A stretch of DNA of 64,000 nucleotides from a candidate division FCPU426 bacterium (GTDB lineage Bacteria; Oederibacteriota; Muellerivitia; Muellerivitales; Muellerivitaceae). The notes beneath the pieces were generated by a model. That model made no database searches. It was given only the letters and a program-made list of their open reading frames with translations, and was not told where the DNA came from. Of this stretch, positions 36,318-47,997 are shown in pieces. Position numbers and translations under genes: made by a program. Position 1 is the first letter of the stretch. Each line of letters begins with the position of its first letter. Location of the stretch: contig CAVRAL010000001.1 of NCBI GenBank assembly GCA_963719085.1, positions 1,344,001 through 1,408,000 of the forward strand, in the 5' to 3' direction.

Positions 36318-36881
36318 CTAGTCTTCGAGAAACTTCAGGTGCACCAGGATATGGAGCAGTTCTTCCACCTGGGTCAGGGCCGGCACATCCTTGTTCTGCG
36401 TGGCCGCGTACCAAAAAGAAACCACGTTTTGGTCCAGCCAGATGCCCTTGCTCTCAAAATCCTCGTCGATGACCAGCGCCTTATAATGATGCTCGTCCAG
36501 TTCGTTGTCGGACAGGGGGCTCTTCATGCCCGAAGCCTTGAGCTTGATGTGCTCCTTGGCTTGGTTGAAATATTTCTGGTCCTCCGCCGACAGGTTCTCG
36601 AAAACCACCTGGGCCGCCTCGGGATCGATGGAATCAATGATGCTTCGGTCGATCCAAACGCCCATGCTCTCCTCGTCCCAAAGGTAATCATGCCCCTGAT
36701 GTTCCAGGGCGACCATGGGCTGGCCGCTGTCCGGGCTGAGCTTATCCGTGGGCCCTTTGTTGACAGAATCTTTCAGGAAATCCTCGGCCGTCACGTTGAA
36801 CTTCTCGTCCACCGGGTATCCGCATTCCGGGCAGTAACGGGCGCTGTCAAAAAGTTTATTCCGGCAATTTTTACATTTCAC
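36318..36881 (-). CDS. Zinc-ribbon protein with two Cys-less zf-TFIIB-like repeats
   Basis: RBS AAGGAGAG before GTG; CKNC...CPEC; repeats SPDS...DEESMGVWID and SPLS...DFESKGIWLD. Confidence 0.8.
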   Translation of the reverse strand: MKCKNCRNKLFDSARYCPECGYPVDEKFNVTAEDFLKDSVNKGPTDKLSPDSGQPMVALEHQGHDYLWDEESMGVWIDRSIIDSIDPEAAQVVFENLSAEDQKYFNQAKEHIKLKASGMKSPLSDNELDEHHYKALVIDEDFESKGIWLDQNVVSFWYAATQNKDVPALTQVEELLHILVHLKFLED

Positions 36882-36898
36882 AATTCTCTCCTTACGTC

Positions 36899-37456
36899 TT
36901 AGTCCGGAACCTGTTTCCGGTTTTCTTGAAGCCGCTTCAGCCACTCGCCGGTACCCGCCTGGGCGTGGGTCAAGGCCACCGCCAGGGCGTCCGCCGTGTC
37001 ATCCGGCTTAGGCGCCTCCGTCAATCCCAGAAGCAGCTTCACCATGCGCTGCACCTGTTGTTTATCCGCCTGCCCATATCCGGTCACCGCCTGCTTCACT
37101 TCCACAGGCCGATACTCAAAGATCGGGATCCCCGCCAAGCCGGCGGCCAGGATGGCCACACCCCGGGCCTGCGACACCACCATGCCGGTGGTCACATTCT
37201 TCGAAAAAAATAACTGCTCCAAGGCCATCACCTGCGGCCTGTTTTTCCGCACCACTTCGGTCAAACCCTGAAACAAAACCACGAGCCTTTTCTCCACCGG
37301 CTCTTTCGCCGCGGACGTAAGCGTTCCGCAATCCACGATCTTCCATTTTCCGGCCGCTTCCCGGATCACGCCGTATCCCATCCGGGCCAGGCCCGGATCA
37401 ATGCCCAAAATCAACCGCCCCGGCGCCGCCGCGGGCTTGCGGGCGGCTTTACCCAT
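36899..37456 (-). CDS. ruvC: Crossover junction endodeoxyribonuclease RuvC
   Basis: ILGIDPG, ALEQLFF, QARGV, VKQAVTGYG.ADK.QV, PDDTADALAVA. Confidence 0.96.
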   Translation of the reverse strand: MGKAARKPAAAPGRLILGIDPGLARMGYGVIREAAGKWKIVDCGTLTSAAKEPVEKRLVVLFQGLTEVVRKNRPQVMALEQLFFSKNVTTGMVVSQARGVAILAAGLAGIPIFEYRPVEVKQAVTGYGQADKQQVQRMVKLLLGLTEAPKPDDTADALAVALTHAQAGTGEWLKRLQENRKQVPD

Positions 37457-37457
37457 C

Positions 37458-38207
37458 CTATCGGTCAAGCTTCGCCATGATTTCATCGCTGACTTCAAAA
37501 TTCGCGTGCACGTTTTGGACATCCTCGTAATCATCCAACATGTCGTAAAGTTTCAAAACCGACTCGGCCTTTTTCTCATCCAGGACCACCGTGGTCTTGG
37601 GCAGCATGGTCACCTCGGCGCTCTCGGTCGGGATTTTTTTATCGTCCAGCGCCTTTTTCACCACGTCAAAGGATTCGGACGCGGTGATAATCTCATAGTG
37701 ATCAGCCTTCTCTGTTTTCAAATCCTCGGCGCCCGCGTCCAGAACCAGCCCCATCAAGTCGTCCTCGCCGATGGCGTCTTTTCTAACCGTGATCAGGCCT
37801 TTTTTGTCGAACAGAAAAGACACCGAGCCCGACTCCGCCATGTTGCCGTTGTATTTGGAAAAAATGGAGCGGATATCGGCGGCCGTGCGGTTGCGGTTGT
37901 CCGTCACCACCTCCACCAACATGGCGACCCCCGCGGGGCCGTAACCCTCATATAAGAATTCTTCCAAAGCCGCGCCGCCCTCGGCGCCCGTGCCTTTATC
38001 AATGGCCCGCTTGACGGTGTCCGCGGGCATGCTGACTTCTTTCGCCTTGAGGAGGATATTGCGCAGGCGCAGATTCGTGTCCGGGTCGCCGCCCGACTTG
38101 GCCGCCAATTGGATTTCTTTGGCCAAGCGCGAAAAAGCCTGTCCCCGTTTTTGGTCGAGCACACCCTTGGTACGTTTGATTTTGGCCCACTTGCTATGAC
38201 CGCTCAT
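37458..38207 (-). CDS. yebC: YebC/PmpR family protein
   Basis: MSGHSKWAKIK, YEGYGPAG, TDNRNRT, EDVQNVHAN. Confidence 0.96.
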   Translation of the reverse strand: MSGHSKWAKIKRTKGVLDQKRGQAFSRLAKEIQLAAKSGGDPDTNLRLRNILLKAKEVSMPADTVKRAIDKGTGAEGGAALEEFLYEGYGPAGVAMLVEVVTDNRNRTAADIRSIFSKYNGNMAESGSVSFLFDKKGLITVRKDAIGEDDLMGLVLDAGAEDLKTEKADHYEIITASESFDVVKKALDDKKIPTESAEVTMLPKTTVVLDEKKAESVLKLYDMLDDYEDVQNVHANFEVSDEIMAKLDR

Positions 38208-38240
38208 GTTTCAACCTGCCCTGAATGAAATGATGTGAAT

Positions 38241-38353
38241 GTCCCGCTTCGTCCCAAGACTCCGCCGGACACCCTCCGCTTTTCGCATTTAAAACCCGGC
38301 ATAGCCGATCCACCCGGCCCCCATCACTTTGTCGGTTTCTCGCGAAGCCGGGT
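38241..38353. repeat. Bipartite hairpin element, family 3
   Basis: GTCCCGCTTCG...CTCCGCCGGAC then ACCCGGCATAGC...TCGGTTTCTC.GCGAAGCCGGGT. Confidence 0.65.
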
Positions 38354-38458
38354 GTAAATTCTTCAAAGCAAATGTCTTTTTTTCGGACCCAAGAAGACCT
38401 TCGCCTTCCCGGCCCTCGGAAAACCGCTGTTTTCGACGGCTCCAACTAGTCCTAAAAC

Positions 38459-38508
38459 AACAAAAGGCCGCTTTCCCGGCCATCATCCCGGAAAAGCGAA
38501 CCTTTGTT
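38459..38508. terminator. Long hairpin downstream of tyrS (possible terminator)
   Basis: AACAAAAGGCCGCTTTCCCGG ... CCGGAAAAGCGAACCTTTGTT. Confidence 0.5.
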
Positions 38509-38567
38509 ATGACGAATTATATCGAAGACTTAGGCCGCAGGCTACCAAAACCTAGGGTCAAAAATCC

Positions 38568-39803
38568 TTAACCAGCCAATATTTTAAGGAAAACCTTCCC
38601 CGAACGGATGAGCCCGGTTTCTCCCGGGGCTAATTCAATGGAATCGCTAAAAGAAGCGATCTTACGCTTTTGCTGATGTCCATCCACCCATTCCACCGCC
38701 CCCTGCTCAATCAAGCGCTTGGCGTCGCTTTTGGTTTTAGAAATCCCCACCTTCAACATGAAATCGGCCGCTTTGTAGGCTCCCGGCTCCACGGAGACTT
38801 TCGGATAGTCCACCGTCTCGCTCATTTGATGGCGGTTCTCGAAATAATCCCAGGCTTCCTTGGCTTTTTCCGGCCCGTAAAAACGCGCGGTCATTTCCTG
38901 CGCTAATTCCATCTTGGTCGTCTTGGGATGCTTCTCCCCCTTGGCCACCAAAGCCTTCAAGGCCTCCCACTTCGCCCCCTGGTCCGACAAAAGCTGGTAG
39001 TAACGCCACATCAAATCATCCGACACACTCATGAGTTTGGAGAACATCTCGTTGGGAGGGTCGGTCACGCCCACGTAATTCCCCAGGCTCTTGGACATTT
39101 TTTTGACCCCGTCCAGCCCTTCCAGAATCGGCATGGCCAGGATCACCTCGGGCTTTTGGCCGACTTCCTGTTGAAGCGCGCGGCCCACCAGGCAATTGAA
39201 CTTTTGGTCGGTTCCGCACATCTCCACGTCCGATTCCAGCATGACCGAGTCGTAACCCTGGATCAGCGGGTACAAAAGCTCATGCAGACTGATGGGCTTT
39301 TGCTCCTTCATGCGGTTGGTGAAATCATCCCGTTCCAAGATACGGGCCACGGTATATTTGGAGGCCAGGCGGATCACGTCCTCGAAGGCCATCGGGCGGC
39401 ACCATTCGCTGTTGTAACGCACCTCGATTTTAGCCGGGTCCTTATCCAAAACCTTGAAGACCTGTTCCAAATAGGTCTTCGCGTTGGCCTCCACCTCGTC
39501 CCGGGTCAGGGGTTTGCGGGCGGCGGACTTGCCCGTGGGATCGCCGATCATGGCGGTGAAATCGCCGATTAAAAACTGGACCTTGTGTCCCAAGTCCTGA
39601 AACTGGCGCAGCTTCCGGAGCACCACGGTGTGGCCCAAATGGATGTCAGGGGCCGAGGGGTCCGCGCCCCATTTCACCTTCAGGGGGCGCCCTTCTTTTT
39701 CTGCCGTTTGGAGCCGCTCCAATAACTCGGATTTGGAAATCACCTCGGCCGTTCCATCGAGGATTTTTTCCAGCTGTTCTTGGGGACTTAAGTTGGTTTT
39801 CAT
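38568..39803 (-). CDS. tyrS: Tyrosine--tRNA ligase
   Basis: [49 protein letters not shown]-terminal S4 domain; start uncertain (39803-39815). Confidence 0.97.
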   Translation of the reverse strand: MKTNLSPQEQLEKILDGTAEVISKSELLERLQTAEKEGRPLKVKWGADPSAPDIHLGHTVVLRKLRQFQDLGHKVQFLIGDFTAMIGDPTGKSAARKPLTRDEVEANAKTYLEQVFKVLDKDPAKIEVRYNSEWCRPMAFEDVIRLASKYTVARILERDDFTNRMKEQKPISLHELLYPLIQGYDSVMLESDVEMCGTDQKFNCLVGRALQQEVGQKPEVILAMPILEGLDGVKKMSKSLGNYVGVTDPPNEMFSKLMSVSDDLMWRYYQLLSDQGAKWEALKALVAKGEKHPKTTKMELAQEMTARFYGPEKAKEAWDYFENRHQMSETVDYPKVSVEPGAYKAADFMLKVGISKTKSDAKRLIEQGAVEWVDGHQQKRKIASFSDSIELAPGETGLIRSGKVFLKILAG

Positions 39804-39917
39804 GGCCGCCATCATAACAAATCCCTTTTGACGGGGCCAATTTTTGTCTGAGCAATTCCGGGGCTTGCGCCTATAATATCCATTCTTGCTCAACCCCTTT
39901 AAGGAAGAGAAACCAAA

Positions 39918-42173
39918 TTGCCGATCGAAAAACCAAAATCCTCAAACTCCCATTTTTGGAAAATCTTTTTCCTAGTCGCCTTCGCCCTGATCGGCTCGGC
40001 CATGGGCGTCATTTACGCCCATCTGCAGGAATTGCCCGACATCACCAACCTGAACGAGTTCAAACCGTCCCAAGCCACCCGCATCTATGACATCAACGGG
40101 GACCTCATCAGCCAATTGTGGCTGGAACAACGCACCTTGGTGCCGTTGGAAAAAATCCCCCTCCCCTTGCAGCAAGCGGTCATTTCCATCGAGGACTCGC
40201 GTTTTTACGAGCATTTCGGCATCGACGTCATCGGCATCGTCCGGGCCTTCATCGCCAACGTGGCCCACGGAGGGGTCAAAGAAGGCGCCAGCACCATCAC
40301 CATGCAGTTGGCCCGGAACCTTTTCCTGACTCCCGAGCGCACCTTTGGCCGGAAAGTCCGGGAGGCCCTGCTTTCCATGCAGATCGAGAAAAACTACTCC
40401 AAACAACAGATTTTGGAGATGTACTTGAACCAAATTTATTTCGGCGAAGGCGCCTACGGCTGTGAGTCGGCGGCCCGCACTTATTTTGGCAAACACGTGG
40501 AAGACTTGACCGTCCCCGAATGCGCCATGCTGGCGGCTTTGCCCAAGGCCCCCAATAATTATGACCCTTATAAGGATCCTTACGACGCGCTGAAGCGCCG
40601 CAACCTGGTTTTAAATTCGATGGCCGACAACAATTACATTTCCCTGCAGGAAGCCACCGAATTTAAAAACACCCCGATTGAGCTGAAAAAAATCGAGGTG
40701 CAAAACGCCCCTTATTTCGTCGAGTTTGTGCGGCAGCAGTTGGAAGCCCGCTACGGTTCAAACGCCGTCTATAAGGGCGGTCTTTCGGTTTACACCACGC
40801 TCGACATGAAGCTTCAAGAAGCCGCCCAATTGGCTTTGGAAAAAGGGTTGGAAAACGCCGAGGCCCAGGCCCTCAAAAACCGCCAAAGCAATATCCCGGT
40901 CGATCAAACGATCCAAGGCGCGCTTTTGGCGATGGATCCGCATACCGGGGCGATCCGCTCCATGATCGGCGGGCGGGACTTCCGTCAAAGCGTTTTTAAC
41001 CGGGCCATCCAAGCCAAACGCCAACCCGGATCCGCTTTCAAACCCATCATTTACGCCGCCGCCATCGAGAACGGCTACACCATGGCGGACGTGTTTCTTG
41101 ATTCCCCCGTGGTTTATCCCGATCCCACCACCGGCCAACCTTGGCGCCCCACCAATTTTTCCACGAAGTTCCGGGGCCCCACCACCTTGCACACCGCCCT
41201 GATGTATTCCATCAACGTGGTCACGATTAAGCTTTTGGACAAATTGGGCATTCAACCCGTGGTCAGCATGGCCCGGCGCTTGGGCATCACCACGCCCATC
41301 AAACCCAACCTGTCCTTGGGGCTCGGCACGTCCGAAGTGACCCTGCAGGAAATGGTTCAGGCCTTCTCGGTGTTCGATAACCAGGGCATCCGGGTGGAAC
41401 CCTTCGCCATTCTTTCGGTGAAAGACGCCTCGGGCCGGGTGCTGGAAAACAACTCGCCCGTCGCCCAAGCGGTGCTGGATCCCGACACCGCCTATATCAT
41501 GACCCATACCCTGCAGGATGTGATCGACCACGGAACCGGCCGCATCATCCGTTTAATGGGATTTACCTACCCGGCCGCCGGTAAAACCGGAACCACCAAC
41601 GACAACGTGGACGCTTGGTTCCTGGGCTACACGCCGGACCTGACTTGCGGGGTGTGGGTGGGTTATGACGACCGAATCAGCCTGGGCAAAAAACAAACCG
41701 GCGGGGAAACCGCCGCCCCGATCTGGGCCGATTTCATGAAGGCCGCCACCGAGGGAAAAGCCGTGAAGGATTTCCCCCTTCCCAACGATTCGGACACCGA
41801 ATTCGTGACGAAGAAAATTTGCATGGACTCCGGGCTTTTGGCCGGCCCCTATTGCCTGCGCACCCGGGATGAGATTTTCAAGAAGGAAACCGCCCCCACC
41901 AAGTTCTGCAATATCCACACCGGCCCCAGCGCCACTTTATCGGGCACCACGGAAAATGACTCCACTTCCACCAACCCGGCCCAAGGTGACGGGGACATTC
42001 TGGAAATGGAAGCGGGCCAGCAAAGCGCCGCGCCCCAAGGGGCTTCACCCGCGGCCTCTACTTCGGAAACCCCGGGCGCGACCGGCGAGAACCTTACCGC
42101 CCCGGCTCCCGCCGCTCCCAGCGCCACACCCACTGGCGGCGACAAGGATAGTTATCCCGACGCGGGATTCTAA
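39918..42173 (+). CDS. Class A penicillin-binding protein (PBP1A family)
   Basis: [34 protein letters not shown]; transpeptidase SAFK, SIN, KTGT. Confidence 0.96.
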   Translation: MPIEKPKSSNSHFWKIFFLVAFALIGSAMGVIYAHLQELPDITNLNEFKPSQATRIYDINGDLISQLWLEQRTLVPLEKIPLPLQQAVISIEDSRFYEHFGIDVIGIVRAFIANVAHGGVKEGASTITMQLARNLFLTPERTFGRKVREALLSMQIEKNYSKQQILEMYLNQIYFGEGAYGCESAARTYFGKHVEDLTVPECAMLAALPKAPNNYDPYKDPYDALKRRNLVLNSMADNNYISLQEATEFKNTPIELKKIEVQNAPYFVEFVRQQLEARYGSNAVYKGGLSVYTTLDMKLQEAAQLALEKGLENAEAQALKNRQSNIPVDQTIQGALLAMDPHTGAIRSMIGGRDFRQSVFNRAIQAKRQPGSAFKPIIYAAAIENGYTMADVFLDSPVVYPDPTTGQPWRPTNFSTKFRGPTTLHTALMYSINVVTIKLLDKLGIQPVVSMARRLGITTPIKPNLSLGLGTSEVTLQEMVQAFSVFDNQGIRVEPFAILSVKDASGRVLENNSPVAQAVLDPDTAYIMTHTLQDVIDHGTGRIIRLMGFTYPAAGKTGTTNDNVDAWFLGYTPDLTCGVWVGYDDRISLGKKQTGGETAAPIWADFMKAATEGKAVKDFPLPNDSDTEFVTKKICMDSGLLAGPYCLRTRDEIFKKETAPTKFCNIHTGPSATLSGTTENDSTSTNPAQGDGDILEMEAGQQSAAPQGASPAASTSETPGATGENLTAPAPAAPSATPTGGDKDSYPDAGF

Positions 42174-42277
42174 TCACCGCAATTAACATTGAGGTCCCGG
42201 GGCTCCATATTGAAGTCAAGGACGCCGGGGACAATGTCGCTCTCCGCTAACATCTATATATGGACAAGCGACGCGCG

Positions 42278-42386
42278 CGCAGATAAACACCGATAAAACC
42301 CAAAACTTTTTTCTCTCGAAAAACCGTTAAAAAAGATTAGTAAAACGCCCGATTTGGATTTTAGGCAAAATCAGCGTGTAACTGCG
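42278..42386. repeat. Palindromic intergenic element, family 2
   Basis: CGCAGATAAACACCGAT ... ATCAGCGTGTAACTGCG around an AT-rich spacer. Confidence 0.55.
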
Positions 42387-42417
42387 TCCATCATTGTAAA
42401 TTAATCTTTTGTGGAGT

Positions 42418-42891
42418 TTAGACCGCTTTGATTTGGTCGACGGTCTGGCGCAGAACGGCCTTGAGGATATCCATTGAATCCTTGACCGCCGTCGGCGTTC
42501 CAGGAAGGTTGAGGACCAAGGTTTTGGCCCGAATGCCCGCCAAACCCCGGGTCAAGGCGACCAGCGGCGTGTTGGCGTAAGCGTTATGCCGGGCCAGCTC
42601 CGTGAACCCCGGGAGCCAGCGTTCACAAACCTGGTACATGGATTCCGGTACCCGGTCCTTAGGCTTAATCCCAATGCCGTCCACGGTTAAAATGATGTCA
42701 ATCTGGCCCGAATCGCAGTTGGAAACCAGCCAATGGATGATGTGCTCGTCTTGGTCCGGAACCGTCTCATGTTTGACTAGTTCCCAACCCATTTTGTTGC
42801 AGATTCCCTCGAGCGCCAGGCCGCTTTCATCCTTGGCTTCGCCCGAGAGGTATCGGTCCCCCACTGTTAAAATCGCCGCTTGAATAGCCAT
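42418..42891 (-). CDS. MogA/MoaB family protein (degenerate GGTG motif)
   Basis: AAILTVGDR...DESG, VPD, LPGF.E, LTRGLAGIR..TLVLNLPG.P. Confidence 0.85.
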   Translation of the reverse strand: MAIQAAILTVGDRYLSGEAKDESGLALEGICNKMGWELVKHETVPDQDEHIIHWLVSNCDSGQIDIILTVDGIGIKPKDRVPESMYQVCERWLPGFTELARHNAYANTPLVALTRGLAGIRAKTLVLNLPGTPTAVKDSMDILKAVLRQTVDQIKAV

Positions 42892-42935
42892 GGTTTTTCC
42901 TTTTCAACCAACGAAATCCCAATTGGGATTTTGAG

Positions 42936-44825
42936 TTACTTTTTGGTGTCCAAATCCAAATTACCCAAATCCCCCGTCGGCGGAAGATCTAAGTCTTTGG
43001 GCGCCGGCACATCCAGGTCTTGGATGGGCGGCAAAGCCAAATCCGCCGCGCTGGTTACGGGAGCGGAACCCGAGGCCGTTGAAGACCCCGACGCGGTGCC
43101 CGCGGAAGAAGTTCCTGGAGGAGGTGCCACCGCGCTTAAATCAGCGGATGGGGCTTGTAGATCGTCACTCGAGGCGCCATTGGCCGAAACCCGGCCGGTC
43201 GTCACCGCGGCCGTAGGAACCGCCGGAGGCGCGGGTGGTGGGGCGGGCGAAGACGACGAAGTCCCTGAAGTCGGCGAAGGAGGTACTGGCGGAACTTCTT
43301 CCATCCCATTCGCCGGATTGGCGGCAGGGGGAGGCGGCATAGCGTCTAAATCCGTCGGGTTTGCCGGCGGCGGGGGCTCGGAAGCGTTAGCCGCGGGCGA
43401 AGTCGTCGAAGGGGACGCAGCGCCGGAATCCAGCCCCGCGGGCGGCGGCGGAATGGAATTATCATCGCTCACAGGAGGCGCGGGAGGCGGAGTCACCCCC
43501 GGGGGCGCGGCGATCGAAGGCGGCAAGGGCGGCGGCGCGGGCTGCGTCGTCGAAGACGGCTGCGTCGTCGAAGACGGCTGCGTCGTCAAAGACGGCTGCG
43601 TCGTCAAAGACGGCTGCGTCGTCAAAGACGGCTGCGTCGTCAAAGACGGCGAAGTCTCCTCGGGAGCCACGGTCTCTGCCGGGGACTCAGCAGGCGCTTC
43701 TTCAACCGCCGGCGCCGGGGAAGCGGATCCCTCCAAATTTAAATCTTGCTCAGGCGGTAAGTTAGTCAGCGGCGGCAAGCTATGCGGAGCGGGCGGTAAA
43801 GATTTCACCACAGCCACGCCCGACGGGCCAGCCGGCTCTTCCTCAACCACTTCGGGAGCCGCTTGTTCGGGAACGGCCGCCAAGGGTGGCGGCGCGGGCG
43901 AAGTCCCCCCGGGCGGCGACGTGTTTTGAGCGGCAGCGGCGGCTTTCGCCTCCAGTTCCTGCTGTTTGTTCCACTTCTTCATGGCCAAAGCGTCGGCCTT
44001 TTCCTGTTTGCGTTCTTTCTTGGCCATCGCGTCGGATTGGGCCTGGGTGATATCGGGCAATTGGGTCATGATATAAACCCGCAAAACATCTTTCAGGTCT
44101 TTCAAGGGGGAAAAATCGGCCGCTCCCTGGGTCTTCAAATGAACCGCCCCCGAATCCGTGCTTCCCCAATAGTTGCCTCCCAATTGGGCGGTTCCATGGG
44201 TGGCGTTGATCACCTGCTCATTGTTGTCGTGGACGCTGTTATTGGAAAATTTCAGGTAAAGGTAATTTTTCAGGTAAAGACCATAGGTGTTTTGAACAAA
44301 GGTATTGAATAAAAAAGTGGCCTTGAGCGCGGGACCGTCCAAAACCGCGCCGGTGGCGTTGCCGTAGACTTTGTTGCTTTTGAGAACCGCCTCGGTTTTA
44401 CCTTGAAGGTAAATTCCGCTTCCTTTGGTGAACTCCGACTCTTGGATGCTGACCTCGGAATCCCGGACGAGAAAAATACCTCCCAAAAACTTGGTGTCGG
44501 AGATGTCACCCTGCGCGCCGGTCAAAACAAACTGGCTTTGAAGCCCGGCTTGGGTCATGTCGAAGACCACGGGAGCCGCCGCCGAGCCGGCGATTTCCAA
44601 AACACCCTGCACCGACAGCTCGCCCACGCCTTGATAAACCACCCGAACCCCGGGACCGATATGCAAAACCGATCCTGGAGGAACTTCGACCTTGCCTTGA
44701 ATGATGTAGGGGCTTTGGGTGCTGTCCCAATCCACATTGCCGGAAAGGGTATCGGGAACTTGGGTGGAGGCGTACAAAGAAGAGGAGATTAAAAAAGCCA
44801 AGCCTAGGAATATCGGTCGTTTCAT
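42936..44825 (-). CDS. Exported protein: right-handed beta-helix-like N-terminal domain plus long Pro/Ser/Thr-rich tail
   Basis: Signal peptide MKRPIFLGLAFLISSSLYA; W...SPYII.G...V..G..L.I.PGV.V, GNYWG; low-complexity C-terminal half. Confidence 0.8.
   Translation of the reverse strand: MKRPIFLGLAFLISSSLYASTQVPDTLSGNVDWDSTQSPYIIQGKVEVPPGSVLHIGPGVRVVYQGVGELSVQGVLEIAGSAAAPVVFDMTQAGLQSQFVLTGAQGDISDTKFLGGIFLVRDSEVSIQESEFTKGSGIYLQGKTEAVLKSNKVYGNATGAVLDGPALKATFLFNTFVQNTYGLYLKNYLYLKFSNNSVHDNNEQVINATHGTAQLGGNYWGSTDSGAVHLKTQGAADFSPLKDLKDVLRVYIMTQLPDITQAQSDAMAKKERKQEKADALAMKKWNKQQELEAKAAAAAQNTSPPGGTSPAPPPLAAVPEQAAPEVVEEEPAGPSGVAVVKSLPPAPHSLPPLTNLPPEQDLNLEGSASPAPAVEEAPAESPAETVAPEETSPSLTTQPSLTTQPSLTTQPSLTTQPSSTTQPSSTTQPAPPPLPPSIAAPPGVTPPPAPPVSDDNSIPPPPAGLDSGAASPSTTSPAANASEPPPPANPTDLDAMPPPPAANPANGMEEVPPVPPSPTSGTSSSSPAPPPAPPAVPTAAVTTGRVSANGASSDDLQAPSADLSAVAPPPGTSSAGTASGSSTASGSAPVTSAADLALPPIQDLDVPAPKDLDLPPTGDLGNLDLDTKK
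43540..43650. repeat. 18-bp tandem repeat x6 (GGCTGCGTCGTCRAAGAC) encoding S(L/S)TTQP
   Basis: Six consecutive units differing at one position. Confidence 0.95.
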
Positions 44826-44985
44826 AGAAGCGCTTCAACCTCTAAGGATGGTATCAGGCGAAAAAGCGGCAAGAACTGCGAGCTTAGGCTCAAAACGGTT
44901 TGAGGCTCACCAAAGCCGGGATACTATAACATAAAACCCCGGTTCTGGAATTGAAACCTTGAGTTCCCCTGCCCTCAGCCCAAAT

Positions 44986-45016
44986 AAAAAAGGGGCATGG
45001 CCAAAGCCACACCCCC
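44986..45016 (-). terminator. Rho-independent terminator after ppdK
   Basis: GGGGCATGGC-CAAA-GCCACACCCC stem with a T tract on the minus strand. Confidence 0.7.
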
Positions 45017-45039
45017 CTGGTACATCGTGAAAATCCGCC

Positions 45040-47813
<2,774 letters not shown>

Positions 47814-47997
47814 TTGAATCCTCCGTGAAAATTAGCCCCGGAACCGGGGACATTAAATGGCCTGATCAAAGAAACAGCGTCAAAACGGCCCTCATTGTAG
47901 CAAACGGATTTTTCTTTTCAATGAAAGGCCGTAACATTCGGCGTGGCGAAGCCCGCTCGCGGGCGTTAAAAACCCTTAGAGAACAAAGGTTTTCGGC

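Noticed and set aside
38194..38571. Short ORFs between yebC and tyrS
   Set aside because: No motifs; the region is explained by hairpin elements
43540..43650. CRISPR array
   Set aside because: Contiguous 18-bp units with no spacers, in frame within a CDS; no cas genes
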